A stretch of 64,000 nucleotides of DNA from positions 125,612,001 to 125,676,000 of the forward strand of contig OZ024741.1 in NCBI GenBank assembly GCA_964016885.1, written 5' to 3'. A program made the translations under genes and the position numbers. The notes below the pieces were generated by a model. It had not been told where the DNA came from and made no database searches. It saw only the letters and a list, made by a program, of their open reading frames with translations. This document shows positions 12,631 through 25,766 of the stretch, in pieces (the first letter of the stretch is position 1; every line of letters begins with the position of its first letter). Origin of the DNA: Eledone cirrhosa. Taxonomy: Eukaryota.

Positions 12631-13060
12631 GTGTATATATATATCAGTTCTGAATGAGCAAGACATGGTCACCTGACCTGGCATTTCTCACAACAGGACA
12701 GCTCATTTAAATCCATGTTAGCATGGAAAATTGGGCTTTAAATGGTAATGATGATATATATATAGTAAGAAAAATGGATTTTGTAGTGTACGTCCAGTAA
12801 TTCACTAAATCACATACACTATATAATCATTTGGTTTCCTAAATAGAATATTATTCTACGACTTCAATTATACCATAAATGTGGCTTTGTCTTTCCGTAT
12901 AATTGTTCTCATCGCTCCACATAACAACGTATTATCTTCGCTTTTTTCCGTTCATTGCCAGAGAACGTCTTCACGAACGAAAGTATCGTCTTCCTGTTTT
13001 CCTTCAGTTGCAACATTTTTCGAAATATCAAACTGCGTTCACAGATTGATTTTTTTTTTT

Positions 13061-13111
13061 AGTTTCAGAAGATCCTGTTAAGGGTGAAAGCAGCGATTCT
13101 TTGCTTAAACT
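13061..13111 (+). ncRNA. Type I hammerhead ribozyme, degenerate core
   Basis: Stem I agttt/aaact; core CAGAAGA (one change from CTGANGA); stem II cct/agg; GAAA at 13086; stem III AGCA/TGCT; CTT triplet. Confidence 0.5.
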
Positions 13112-13148
13112 TTAATCTGTTATATTAATAAATATATATATATATATA

Positions 13149-13340
13149 GGAACGAGTAGGACCCCGACGGCTAATTCTGGACTAAAAATTTAAACATTTT
13201 TAGTCCAGAATTAGCCGTCAAAACGCCTTGAGCTCAGCCATCGGAGTCCTACTCGTTCCTATTACCCACTCTACTACCCTAAGTATTGAGTACTTTGGTG
13301 CGTTATGGTCCATCTGGTTCCTTACCACATTTCCTTCGTT
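13149..13340 (+). mobile_element. (TA)n-embedded hairpin repeat family (copies 8206-8258, 34984-35180, 39433-39540, 61800-61986)
   Basis: Shared sequence agctgtcGAAAC(a/g)gccggagctcagccGTCggggtcctgactcttttcctattacccactctactaccctaagtattgagtactctggtgcgttatggtccacctggtatcttaccacaccttctttgtt, usually preceded by an inverted copy of its own start. Confidence 0.75.
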
Positions 13341-13567
13341 ATATATATATATATATATATATATATTTCGCTCCTAATAACAGTCTTTCCTATCTCTGTT
13401 TGGTTGAGCACACTTCTCTGAGTGGCTTTGGGCTGCCCTTTCTAGCAGTTCGTCTCTCAGAGGCCACTGGTTCACTGCCCTTAAACACACTGTGACTTCT
13501 CTCTCCCACGTGTAGCTGGACAGGCAATTGATAAATTCTCTTAGTGTTGTCTGAAATGTATGGCCTT

Positions 13568-13648
13568 ACACACGCTGATGAACCGAGACTAAACCATTTC
13601 TTTCAACAAATTTTTTGGTGAAACATATCTTTGGATTTGTACGTGTGT
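13568..13648 (+). ncRNA. Type I hammerhead ribozyme, complete core
   Basis: Stem I ACACACG(13568-74)/CGTGTGT(13642-48); CTGATGA 13575-81; stem II ACCGAGA/TTTTGGT; GAAA 13620-23; stem III ACATATC/GATTTGT (one mismatch); GTA cleavage triplet 13639-41. Confidence 0.8.
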
Positions 13649-15398
13649 TATATAGTTATAAAGGTATTTATTTACGCTTTAATTTATATTTTTAATTATC
13701 GTGTCTATAGTCTGCCTTTCATAGGTTATAGATTCCATACACTGGTGGTTTTTTTCCCTGTATTATTGATAACGCACTATATATCTCTCTCTGGTGTGTT
13801 ACCTTCTCAACATATTATATTTTAAAGGGCTCAGGATCTCTTCCCCTTTGAGCACATTATTTACAGGGAATAACGACGGCCTATGCCTCCGTTAATTTAT
13901 CGTGATATATATATATATATATACAAAGTTGGGTTGTAGATTAATAGGTATATAGATGAATAAATGACAGCACACATTCTCAAATACATACACACATGCA
14001 AACATACATATGCATACATACACATATATATTATATATTTATTGTAGGATGTAGATTTAAAGGTATGTAAATGACAACACACATTTATACAAATGTAAAT
14101 GATGATGATGATGATGATTTACAAGCACTAATTCATCATCATCGTCATTATCTCGCTCATTCTGATCACTCGACAAGATCCCAGACTTCATTTACTTGCC
14201 GAGTGGGGTGGACCCCGTCAAATTAGACAAAGGAAACAATGTTTCCATTGATCTTTCCATTGCTGATACTATCTACCGGTCACAATTCCTGGCAGAACGA
14301 GCGACATGAAATAAAGTGACTTGCTCAAGGACTCAACACATCAGCCTGTCCAAGAATTGAACTCACAATTGTGAGGTTGCGAGTTCAACTCTCTAACTAC
14401 TAAGCCACATGCTATTTGAATGTTTTCTCTGTTAGTAAGGGTTGTTATGCATTTTTACAGACCAATTCAGTATTTACTCAGAGTTATTGATCTCTAATTT
14501 ACATATGTTCCTGCGCTCTACTGAGAGTGACAAGGGCATGTTATCCCGAAACCAACACTAATAAGGTCATTATATCCTTGACACAGCTGAAGAGTCCTCC
14601 CAACTCTTTGTTTGGCAGGTTTTTTTATGGCTGAATGCCTTTCCAACCACATAACAGAGTGTTTTATCTTGTCCACACCAACATTAGAGAGTTAGCTGTG
14701 CCCTTGACACAATTAAAGAGTTTCTTTACCCTTTGTTTGGAACGTTTTTTTATGGCTGGTTTAGACTAATTATTGCTTCTAATTCAAGCAAAGGGCCAGC
14801 AATTATAGGAAAGGTGGGGGAATAGTTGATTATATTTATTTCAGTAATTAACAGCTACTTTATTTTATCAACCCAACACCGCCAGAAAGATGAAAAACAA
14901 AGTTAACCTCAATTGGACTTGAACTCCAAATAAATGGCTAACTAAATATACTCTTGGGCCCAAATAATGGCGAGGGGGGGGGGGGTGGAAGGGGGGGGAA
15001 TCGGTAATTTTTCTAGGTTGTCTCCATTGATATTTTAAAAACCAGAATTAGTCATTCAGTTTATATATTGAAACCCCAACCAATCCTATTTACTTTATAA
15101 CATATGGGATTTCTAGTAATGTACTGTTTTGTCATGTATAATACTTTTTAATGTATAAAGAAAATTGTTGCAGGAATGCTACCACTTAAAATAAAATTTT
15201 GCTGAAGATAGATTAACAAAATTTAATAAGCAGGGGGTTCGGAATAAGAGCAGGGGTTGAGTTGGAAAAATTTGAATACCCCCTTATTAATTTTTCAAAT
15301 TAATAAGGGGGCATTCAAATACACACAGCACATATACAAACACACACACACACACACACACAGATTCACAGATATAAACACACAGCACATAGACACAC

Positions 15399-15460
<62 letters not shown>

Positions 15461-18400
15461 TTCACATACAGCACAACATTAATAAGGAGGTAGGGGACAA
15501 TTATTCGAGACCCAAGAGCAGTAAACCAACCCAGCAATCACCTAAAGTTCTATACACTTGATAGGTATATTGTACAAAACATGTCCAAGATAAAAAGCTA
15601 AAAAGCTTTGATGAAGTGTATGGAGGGGTGAGGGTGTGGTTATTTTCTTTAACACATGTAGGTGTAAGTTAGGAACAAGATAAAGAAATAAAGACATAAA
15701 AATGGTTGATTAGTTAAAAACAGCATGATGTTTGGTGTGTTGGCACTGTAACACTGGAAGATTGACTATTTTAATTTAGTAGACAGAATATTGTTCTGTT
15801 TCTGAAGTCAGGGGTCTCTGTTACATAAGCATGCTCCAGTTAACCCTGTTTTTATATAACTATCACAGTCAGCTAGTTCATTATGAAAACAATGACTGTT
15901 TAGGACAGACAGACAGATGCCTTACACAAATACACAAACAGCACACACACTCACACACATCGATACACACACAGCACATACACTCACACACATCAAATAC
16001 ACACACAGCACAACATGCACACAGTACATACACCCACAGCACACACTCACACACAGCATGCACACTTACACACACAGCACACATACTCTCACACACATGC
16101 AGATACAGATACACACACACACACACACACAGGGGTGTTCGGCTCATTGTGTCCTTGATCAAAACACTTTATTTCATATTGCTCCAGTACACTCAGCTGG
16201 TAAAAGTGAGTTGTAGCTGTATTTCAAAAGGCGAGCCATGTTACATACACAAGGTGTGTCATGTTGAATCTCTTTATTCATAGTTACCTGGGTAAATTTA
16301 TAAACTTTTTTTTTAGGAAAACTAATTTCTTAGAGATCCCCAGCAGGTGCTTTTTTATAAATTTAAACAGTTGAGAGGTCTGTAACTTTGAGGGTCCACT
16401 TCGATCAGTCAAAAACAAAAGAAAAAAAAAATCCCACCAAAGAAAATTCCAAGGATAGGGAAGATCTGAGAGACCCCAACCCCACAAATCAATTTTCGAT
16501 TGCAAGCATGTCAGAGGTCAGATTAGTTGAGTACAAAAACAAAAAAAAACAAAAATAGAAACATTTTTTTTTGTAAGCAAACCCCCACCGGTTACTTTTC
16601 CATAAATTACCATTATCTGCATTGTGGCAACTTCCCAAAAGCTCAAGTATATTTTCAAATCTACATTAATTGGAAATTTGAAATGTGTGCATCCCAATGC
16701 AAATGACCATAATAACAGTGGATCACTATAAATAGTAGTTGAGAAAAATCAAGTAAAGCACCCCTGGAGATGAAAAAAAGTAGACAGGGGCACCTCTCTG
16801 TCACCTTTTTTCTTTTGTCTCCAGGGAAACTTACCAAATTTATCATCTATTAACCCTATATTATCTATATTTACTATTATATTTTCACAGTAAAGGCTTT
16901 ATCTCACATAATATCTCACATAATATTGAATCTATGAGATTTTGATATTATTTATTTTGAAAACAATACCTTAACATCAGTATGAGTGGCCGATTACAGT
17001 CGGTTTGAACAGAAAGAGGAGAAAGAATTCTGGCTGGATATGGCCAGTTTAAATGCTAAAGGGTTAAAGTAGTCATCTGAACTACTTCCTTGAAAATTTT
17101 GGTGCAATGAGTGTTGAGTAAGGAGAGAGATTCCACCAAGACATCAAGACTAGGTATTAAGGTAGGAGGAACAGAAACATGATGGCCTGACAACTGTTCG
17201 TGTCCGTAAAGAGACAGTCGCAATACAAGTTATTCACACAAAATAGCAAAGAGAAAGTTCACTCCTGGAGAAGCTGAAACTCCAGTTTGTCATGAATATC
17301 TATCGTAACATATGTAATTAAACATTTTATGTAATATATTAAACAATAAAAAGTACTATTTGATTTGTGTTAGTTTCTTCTTACAGTATTGCATTTAATG
17401 GCAAAATTGACATTTTTGATTAAAAAATAAATTCCTGTTTAAGAAAATAACTTAAAGTGAGAAAATTTCTGAAATCAGCATTATCAAATTAGGTAGGAGC
17501 AATTGTAAAAATCAAGACAACTAAATTTTTTTTTTTTTTAAATATGTTCTCCAATGTTATTTATAGTGGTCAACTATTATTATGGTCATTTGTGTTAAGT
17601 TGCTCACATTATAAATCTCCCTAATGCTTCTTAAGTCAATCATTGTTTTAAATTAATTGTTTTTATTGCCAAAAAATGTAATACTCTCCTTTTTCCATGC
17701 TGTGAAATATAAGTTTTTCCACTTTGTGAACTATTTCAATATTCCATATCCATACATTCTCCAAACTGATCATGTGATCATATTCATACATATACAAGGT
17801 CACAGCTGCTACACTTCCTCATATGACACACAATATCATGTGCACACATAAACACGTGCACAGACATACGCATAGACATATACACACTGACTTACAAACT
17901 ATTTGGTTTTAGTATTTTTGTCAATACATACAGAGAATATACACACTAACACTAATAAACACAAACACACAAACATACACATACACAGACGTACACACAT
18001 TCACACACAAACATGTATAGACATGCATACACACAGACGTACACACATTCACACGCAAACATGTATAGACATACACACACGCACTTACACAAACATACAC
18101 ACATACATAAACAACTGCCATCAGACACACATGACTCACACGCAGAGAAACAAACACACATATAATCAGAGAGATGTACACATACATACATTTAATTTAT
18201 GAATTATTTCTCAGTGTGTTTCATTTGGTTTTATTAGAACATTGATAGAATGCTTTGTGATATTTTTTCTGATTGTGTTCTGAGTTGAAATCTCGCTGAG
18301 GTCACAGTGGAGTAGAAATATAGAGTGTATAACTTTTCCCTTACTGTTTTACTAATGTGAGACCCTGTTCATTATTTCCAAATAATGCAAAACCATTTTG

Positions 18401-19979
18401 CTGGTTTGAGAGCTGATGAGGGTGAAGATGTGTGTTTGTAAAGTTGTCTTGAACATATTTTATCTGCCTGTCACCCACCTTGTGGATTGATCACTGGTCG
18501 CTGGTCTCATTCCTCTGAGGCATTTTTCCTCCATCGCTGTCTTTGACAGTATTTAACTGTTTTAACAGCTGTTCTAGCGATGAGTTTTCTCATGTTTATA
18601 TGTATTCAAATACAGTCACTTCGTCTCGGTCAGAGACAACATTGTTTTGTTTTGTTTTTTTTTTCATTTTTGAAAACTATCAAATATTTGGAATGAATTA
18701 GTAATATAACTGTCATTTTTAAGATGGCGTTTGGAACATAACTTTTTAAAGGTTCTTACTTAAATTATGACGAAAGGTTTTTTTTCTAGAAAAATATAAA
18801 CACTTTAACATTCCATTACCATAATACTAATGTAAGACACTACTCATGATATCCAAATAATTTTGAAAATAATCAACTTTCTAAATTATTCAGCTGGTGT
18901 TTAAAGCAACAAAATTTGTTAAATAATTGTGATGGAAGGTTTTTAGATAAATTTAAACTTTATCAGTTCATTACCATATTAAAACACAGCTCATGATTTC
19001 CAAATAATTTTGGAAATATTCAAGAATTTATAGAGATTTATTAAAATCACTTTTTCATTATTTATGTTTTGATACATAGACTAACAAAGGTTCTTACACA
19101 AAATTATGAAGGATGGTTTTAAGATAAATACCAACACTTTAAAATAAACAGATTTGTATTGTAGAACCAAGGCTGTTTCCAGCAGTTTGGTATAAAAAAA
19201 ATCTTAAGATATTAATGTACATTATTTATTTAGTATCAATATCAAAAGCTAATGAAAGCATTAGTTAGTAGCCAAAACAATGTTCAAATTTCTCGCCAGG
19301 AGGATTAATGACAAAATGTGTGAAGTGGAATGGCTACAGGCTGGAAATCAGAACTAGATCAAATCATAACTAGGTCATGGGCACAGTTGACAAGAGTCTA
19401 CAACAACCTCTTACTACCTTCTACTTAACTCTTCTTCCACTTCCCTCTTATCCCTTTAATCTGACAATACAAAAGCTGTATTAAATGTGCTCTGTTAATG
19501 TTTGTCATAAAGTTTACATTATATAACAGAAACTACCTACAGCTAGGGGATCCAACATTAACCCTTTTGGTGCCAAATTTCTACAGAAAGACACTGCCTG
19601 TGATTTTCAAATTAATTTGAAAATAATCAATAATTTCGAGGGATATAATTATCTTTCTCAATATTAAGCTGAGTTTGGAATATAATATAAAATTCTGATA
19701 GTGACGCCCTCCAAGTTATGTACTCTATCTAGTAAAATTACTTCAAAGATGCTTCAGAGGAGCCCCTTTTTGACCACTTTTATTTGTGACCAAATTCTTT
19801 CAGTTATTATCCAAGATTCATGTCCATAGGTAAGAGTAGGCACAAAAACTGAATTGAAAATTAAATTAAATCAAAATATTCCAACATAATTAAGCATTTT
19901 TATAAATTCTTCCAAATTCTTCAATACCTAACTTAAACTTTGTGTACTTCATTAGAAATGAGATAAGGAAAGGGTTAAA

Positions 19980-20235
19980 ATTCTTCATTCTTCTTCATTG
20001 CTCACTTATCCCTGGGAGATTTGTGAAGGTAGAGTGGGTCCTTGCAGAAGCAACCATTTCCAGTTGATCTGGCTGGGCCCCAAGCAAGACCAGTCGAGAT
20101 CATGGATGTTATCCAACCATTTTGCTCTGGATCTACCCTTGGGTCTCCTGCCAGTTGGTTTTGCCCATAAAATATGTCCAGTGATTCTATCCTGAGACAT
20201 TCTAACCACATGTTCATAGTATTGGAGCTATGATC
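19980..20235 (-). mobile_element. RTE 3' fragment (family of 40270-41615)
   Basis: HVVRMSQDRITGHILWAKPTGRRPKGRSRAKWLD peptide and a GAAGAA tail. Confidence 0.75.
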
Positions 20236-21631
20236 TCTTGATTCATCATTAATTCATTAAAATAGAGTATTCCATTAGAAGTTTGGTTATAAATGGGTTA
20301 AAAAAAAACTTTTGTTGTCTTTCAAATGGAAATTATACACATGAGAACTGAAATACTAGACCAGTATGCCAACAACAAGAGCAGAATTGCCATAACTGGA
20401 GCACTGATTCAATGTTGCAAAGTATTCATTTCACTATCTAAGTGTTACAGATTTGCTTCAGTCAAGGTGAACAGAGCCAATCAACAACAACAACAACAAC
20501 AACTATAACTGGTAATTACAAAGCAAAATATTTCACAACTAAACATTTTGTCCTCTGTCACTCATTAGATTAATTGTAGAAGCAAAATTGCTGAGTAATT
20601 ATGGCCTCCAGCTACTGAGGACAAAAGACAACTGGATTAAAAGATCTTTGAGTACAAAGGACTTTAGGTTAAAAAATCCTGAGTACAAAGGATTATTGGA
20701 CTAAAGAACTGGAGAACAAAGCAGTACTGGATTCAAAGATTTTAGGTAGAAAAGAACTACTATATTCAAAGACCTTGAATACAAAGGATTATTGGACCCA
20801 AGCTCTGCAATACAAAGCAGTATTGGATAACAATATTGGAGAAAAAAGGAAAGGAGTTGATTATCAGATCAGACCAAGAAAACAATGATTCCATTGGTCT
20901 TTCCATTGTTGATCTTATACGCCAGGCGCAACTCCTGGCAGAAGGAGCAATGTGAAATAGAGTATTTTCTCAAAAACACAATGCATCACCTGGTCCAGGA
21001 ATCAAACCCACGACATTATGACCATCAATCCAGAAACTTAACTACCAAGCCATGTGCCTTCAATGTGAATAGGTACATAAAACTGCGGAATTGAAAGATT
21101 TTTGCTAAGAACAATCTGATTCCAAGGTCTTGAAGACAAAAGACTCATCATCAACACCATCATTTAATGTCTGCTTTCTCTGCTAGCTAGAGTTGGCAGG
21201 TCTACATAGACCAAGTCAGTACTGAAGTGGAGCTATTGACCTCCCAGACAGGCCAAGGGGTCTACATCCTGCTTACATATGGTTATACATTGTCGAGGGC
21301 AGAGCCGAAGGATTGTTGGATATAAATAATTTTAGTACAAGTTTATGGTTAAGTTAAAGTCTTTTCAATCCCTTGAAACTCTTTAGGACTATGCTTATAC
21401 CAGATTCATTTCCATTAAGCAGCTCAGAGTAAAAGACATACTCTAAATAGGAGGCCTGACTGTCGCAGGGTTAACTCCCAGCAATGGCTGATACTTATAT
21501 TTTCAGCTGAGTGTACTAGAGCAACGTGAAATGAAGTATGTTGCTCAAGGACACAATGCACAGCCAACCCACGAACCCTAGGGATGATTATTCAGTGTCG
21601 TCATCCACTTGGAAAATAATAGTTAACATAT

Positions 21632-21847
21632 TTAACCCTTTAGCATTTAAACCGGCTATATCCAGCCAGAATTCTTTCACCTCTTTTTGTTCAAACCAGA
21701 TGTAATCGGTCGTTCATACCAATGTTAAGGTATTGTTCTCAAAATAAATAATATCAAAATCTCGCAGATTCGACATTATGTGAGATAAAGCCTTTACGAT
21801 GAAAATATAATAGTAAATATAGAATAATGTAAATGCTAAAGGGTTAA
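21632..21847. mobile_element. piggyBac-type MITE with TTAA TSDs
   Basis: TTAA-CCCTTTAGCATTTA...TAAATGCTAAAGGG-TTAA. Related copies at ~16850-17067 and ~49220-49432; other TTAA-CCCTT elements at ~19558-19978 and ~33971-34210. Confidence 0.85.
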
Positions 21848-22809
21848 TGCAGAAAACATTACAGTTTGCAGTATTGGAGTAATGACTTTAATTTTTTCAT
21901 GTGATGACTTTAATTTTGGAGTAATGACTTTAATTTTTTCATAGTATTATTTTGTACTTTTCAAGTATGCCTTGCTAATGTGGTTTCATATGGTTTCTTA
22001 AGTGAAATGTTTATAGTATCATTAGTAGTGGATTAATAGTTGTGAAATTTTGCAGTATTAAATTTTAAGATTTTTTTTATTTTTAATGTCATGCAGTGTG
22101 GTTTATACTTTTCAAGAATGTCTTGTTAATGTGGTTTCATAATTCAAATGTTTATAGTATCCTTACTAGTGGTCAGATCATTGTGAACATTTACAGTATT
22201 AGATTAAATATTTTAATATTTAACAGTTATAGTGCTGTTTTGAACATTTCAAGAATGTCTTGCTCATATGGTTTCATGTGGTACAGGGCATTAAGGTTTA
22301 ATTTCATGAAAATATTTGAGAAATTCCCAGTTTAGATTTCAGTTACAAAGGGAAACCTATTTGGTGTTTATTGTTAAATGTATATGGTTCATAATATAAT
22401 ATAGACGAAGAGAACAGCATGTGAGAAAACACGATGGAAGACATTGTCAAACTGACAGCTGGAAGATAATTATTCTTAACAAGCAACAAAAGAACTGTTA
22501 TGTCACAGATGACATAAAAATGTTTAATATTTAATGAAATTGTTTTTTAGTTTTTAGTTTTATTAAATTATATTATTTTTTATAGTTTTATTATATATAT
22601 ATTTTTTTTAATAAATGTTATTAGTAATGAGTCAAGTACATAGAGATTAACAATGTTTTAGTGTATGTGCCTGTACTTGTGTGTGCATGTGTGTGCATGT
22701 GATTGTGTGTATATGTATGTGTGTGTGCATGCATGTGTGTGTATATTTATGTACTTGTCTATGCCTGTGTGTGTGTGTATGTGTGCGTGTGCATGTGTGT
22801 GCATTCAAA

Positions 22810-23290
22810 TAAAGTTGAAAAGACACTGAGTATAAGAGAAATCAACTGTAGATTGCAAGAAGGTTGACTGAGCTGGTATGGACATGTGATGTACATGGTG
22901 GATGAGAGTAGGGTAAAATAGTAACAAGTGATCCAGGTGGAAGGAAACCTGAGGAAGAAAACTGTGGAAGAGGAAGACTGCGAAAGAGGAAGAAGACTGT
23001 GGAAGAGGAAGACTGTGGAAGAGGAAGAAGACAGTGGAAGAGGAAGACGACTGTGGAAGAGGAAGAAGACAGTGGAAGAGGAAGACGACTGTGGAAGAGG
23101 AAAAAGACTGTGGAAGAGGAAGATGGTTGTGAAAGAAGACAACTGTGGAAGAGGAAGAAGGTTGTAAGCTGATTTCAAGCTACTGAACCTCAGAAAGGAG
23201 ATGACAAAGAAGTGCAGCAAGGGTTAAGATGTTAGGCTGGAGAAAACCTACCCAACCCACATAAGTGACATAGCTGTTGCAAACTTATTT
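22810..23290 (+). repeat. Decayed RTE 3' end with internal purine-rich tandem expansion (gactgtggaagaggaagaa units)
   Basis: RLSWYGHVM-type remnant followed by about ten imperfect 15-18-nt units at 22960-23160. Confidence 0.6.
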
Positions 23291-23347
23291 ATAATGACAA
23301 TGGCAATGATCTCATCGTCATCATTTTTACATCCATTTTTCCATGCA

Positions 23348-23390
<43 letters not shown>

Positions 23391-23623
23391 ATACCATCCA
23401 CACCATCGTTTATCATCTATTTTCTATAGTTGGATGGGATGCCCACCAGCTTTCTGACAATTCCATCATCGAATGAAACAGAATTAGTCCTGTAAATGTC
23501 ACCCATCAATGAAATATGTGTGTGCCTGTACATATGAAGGTGTCTGTACATGTGTTTGTGTCAATGAAATATGTGTCTGCACATGTGTATGTCTACATAT
23601 ATATGTGTGTGTGTGTGTATACA

Positions 23624-23822
23624 TACAAGGGTTGGTTGAAAAGTTCATAAGCTGACTGACTATGAAGGAGTGATGTTAGTGTTGTGAAATCTTGCATGCA
23701 TTAATTTCAACTCTTCTTATTAATAACTGTATTGTTTCTTTCTAGGGACTATGTTGAAAAATAAACTTTATTTGGTCATTCCATGAGAGTATCCTGGCCA
23801 GCCTATGAACTTTTTAGCCGAT
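23624..23822. mobile_element. Mariner-type MITE
   Basis: TA-caagggttggttgaaaagttcataagctgac ... ggccagcctatgaactttttagccga inverted termini. Confidence 0.6.
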
Positions 23823-24029
23823 GTATGTATGTGTGTCTGTACATATATGTATGTGTCAATATATATGGGTGTCTGTACATGTTGGTGTGTCTGTACATAT
23901 GTGTGTGTCTATATGTATATGTGTCTCTACATATGTGTGTGTGGAATGAACACATACATACACACACATACTAAACAAAATGGTAGAAAGTCAATATAAG
24001 CTGAATCATCAAGTTATTTACATGTTTAT

Positions 24030-24440
24030 TACTACTACTACCACCATCATCACTACTACTACTACCACCACAACAATTGGTACAACTACTACAACCACTA
24101 CCACCGCTACAACCACTATTGTCACTACAACGAACACCAACACTACAACAACCATCACCACCACTACCACTACAGCATACACCACCACTACAATCACTCT
24201 CACTACAAGTACCACAACCACCACCACACCACCACCCCCACTATCACTATCAGCACAACTACTACAACCACCACCACCACTTCCACTACAACTACCACCA
24301 CTACCACCACTACTACAACTACTACTACTACTACCACCATCACCTCCACTACTACTACTACCACCATCACCATCACCATCACCTCCACTACTACTACTAC
24401 TACCACCACCACCTCCACTACTACTACTACTACTACTACT
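24030..24440. repeat. (ACT/ACC/ACA)n trinucleotide low-complexity tract (similar tract at 47660-48210)
   Basis: Directly visible; explains the poly-T/V/H/P ORF calls. Confidence 0.9.
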
Positions 24441-24561
24441 GTTTATTATTTTATTTTGTTTAGCATTGTTGTTTTTCTATTCTTTCTGTTAACTATAACT
24501 AGTCACCACTTGCTTCACACTCTCGCACCTTCTCTTTCTCTCTCTCTTCCTCTCTCTCTTC

Positions 24562-24610
<49 letters not shown>

Positions 24611-24739
24611 GATCAAGCAATTTTTCAGCAGCACATATTGAAGAAAAAAAAGTCATTTATTTTTATTATTATCATTATTACATTACAAGAGCAGTGGATT
24701 GTGGCCTTGTACCTAAATCAGAAACCATTATTGCTACAC

Positions 24740-25285
24740 AGAAGGGCAGTGGATTGGCAGTATCAGTAGAGGATCGGAAAACATGCTTTGTGACATAGTT
24801 ATGTCCCTTTATGTTCTGAGTTCAAATCCCGCCAAGGTTAACTTTGCCTTTCATCCGTACGGGGTCGATAAAATAAAGTACCAGTAATGTACTGGAATAA
24901 TTGATGGCCTTGTGCCTAACGTAGAAACAATTATTATTATTATTATTGGGAGGTGTAGGGCGGTATTGGCAGTATCGAGTTCAAATCCCGCCGAGGTTAA
25001 CTTTGCCTTTCATCCTTACGGGATTGATAAAATAAAGTACCAGTAATGTACTGGTTAATTGCTGGCCTTGTGCCAAAAGTAGAAACAATTATTATTATTG
25101 GGAGGTGTAGGGTGGTGGATTGGCAGTGTCAAGTTCAAATCCCGCCGAGGTTAACTTTGCCTTTCATCCTTACGGGGTCGATAAAATAAAGTACCAGTCA
25201 TGCACTGGGGTCGATTTAATCGACTTTCCCCGCCGCCAAAATTGCTGGCCTTGTGCCTATCTAAGAAACAATTATTATTGGGAGG
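24740..25285 (+). repeat. Head-to-tail array of three SINE units
   Basis: gagttcaaatcccgccgaggttaactttgcctttcatcc...agaaacaattattattgggaggtgt occurs three times. Confidence 0.8.
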
Positions 25286-25766
25286 TGTGGCAAGTTTTCT
25301 TCTGCCCAGCAGCTAAGGCAAAGGAAGCAATATGGTGGACAAATGAAAAAGGTTTGAGGAGAGGAATCTTCCTCTCTGGCCAGGCCCTCATCAACTTCTT
25401 CCTGAGCCATTGAAGAGGGGGTGAGGGTAGAGAGGGAGGTACTGCTTTATCATATTTTTTTTTTTTGTCTTTTTTTATAAAAGATTGGGTTTATTGCATT
25501 CTGAGTTCAAATCCTGCTCTGGCCTACCAGCCACCATGGAAGTAATAGGGAACCACTATGTGCAAACCCATAGTTAACTATCAATAGCAACAAGATAATC
25601 CATGGTATTTAATTATTGTGAAATAATAATTGAATTATTAGAAATCATTTCCCTTTAATATTGCCAAGCTGGACTTAGCCTTTAACCCTTCTGGAATCAA
25701 TAAAATAAAAAGTAGCATTCGAGTACTGAGTCCTACCTAATTAACAACACTTACTGCACATCCACA

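Noticed and set aside
18410-18480. CTGATGA-GGGTGA...TCACCC, and similar partial cores at ~12290, ~14521, ~25400 and ~63435
   Set aside because: The GAAA half or the stems are missing or too degraded to support a call.
20326-20508. Short ORF ending in poly-Q, with a hydrophobic 23-aa antisense ORF
   Set aside because: Poly-Q comes from (CAA)n; the frames are closed by nearby stops and I recognise no homology.
23980-24492. Poly-Thr/Pro mucin-like ORFs (also 47660-48356)
   Set aside because: Trinucleotide low-complexity tracts with no splice or domain evidence.
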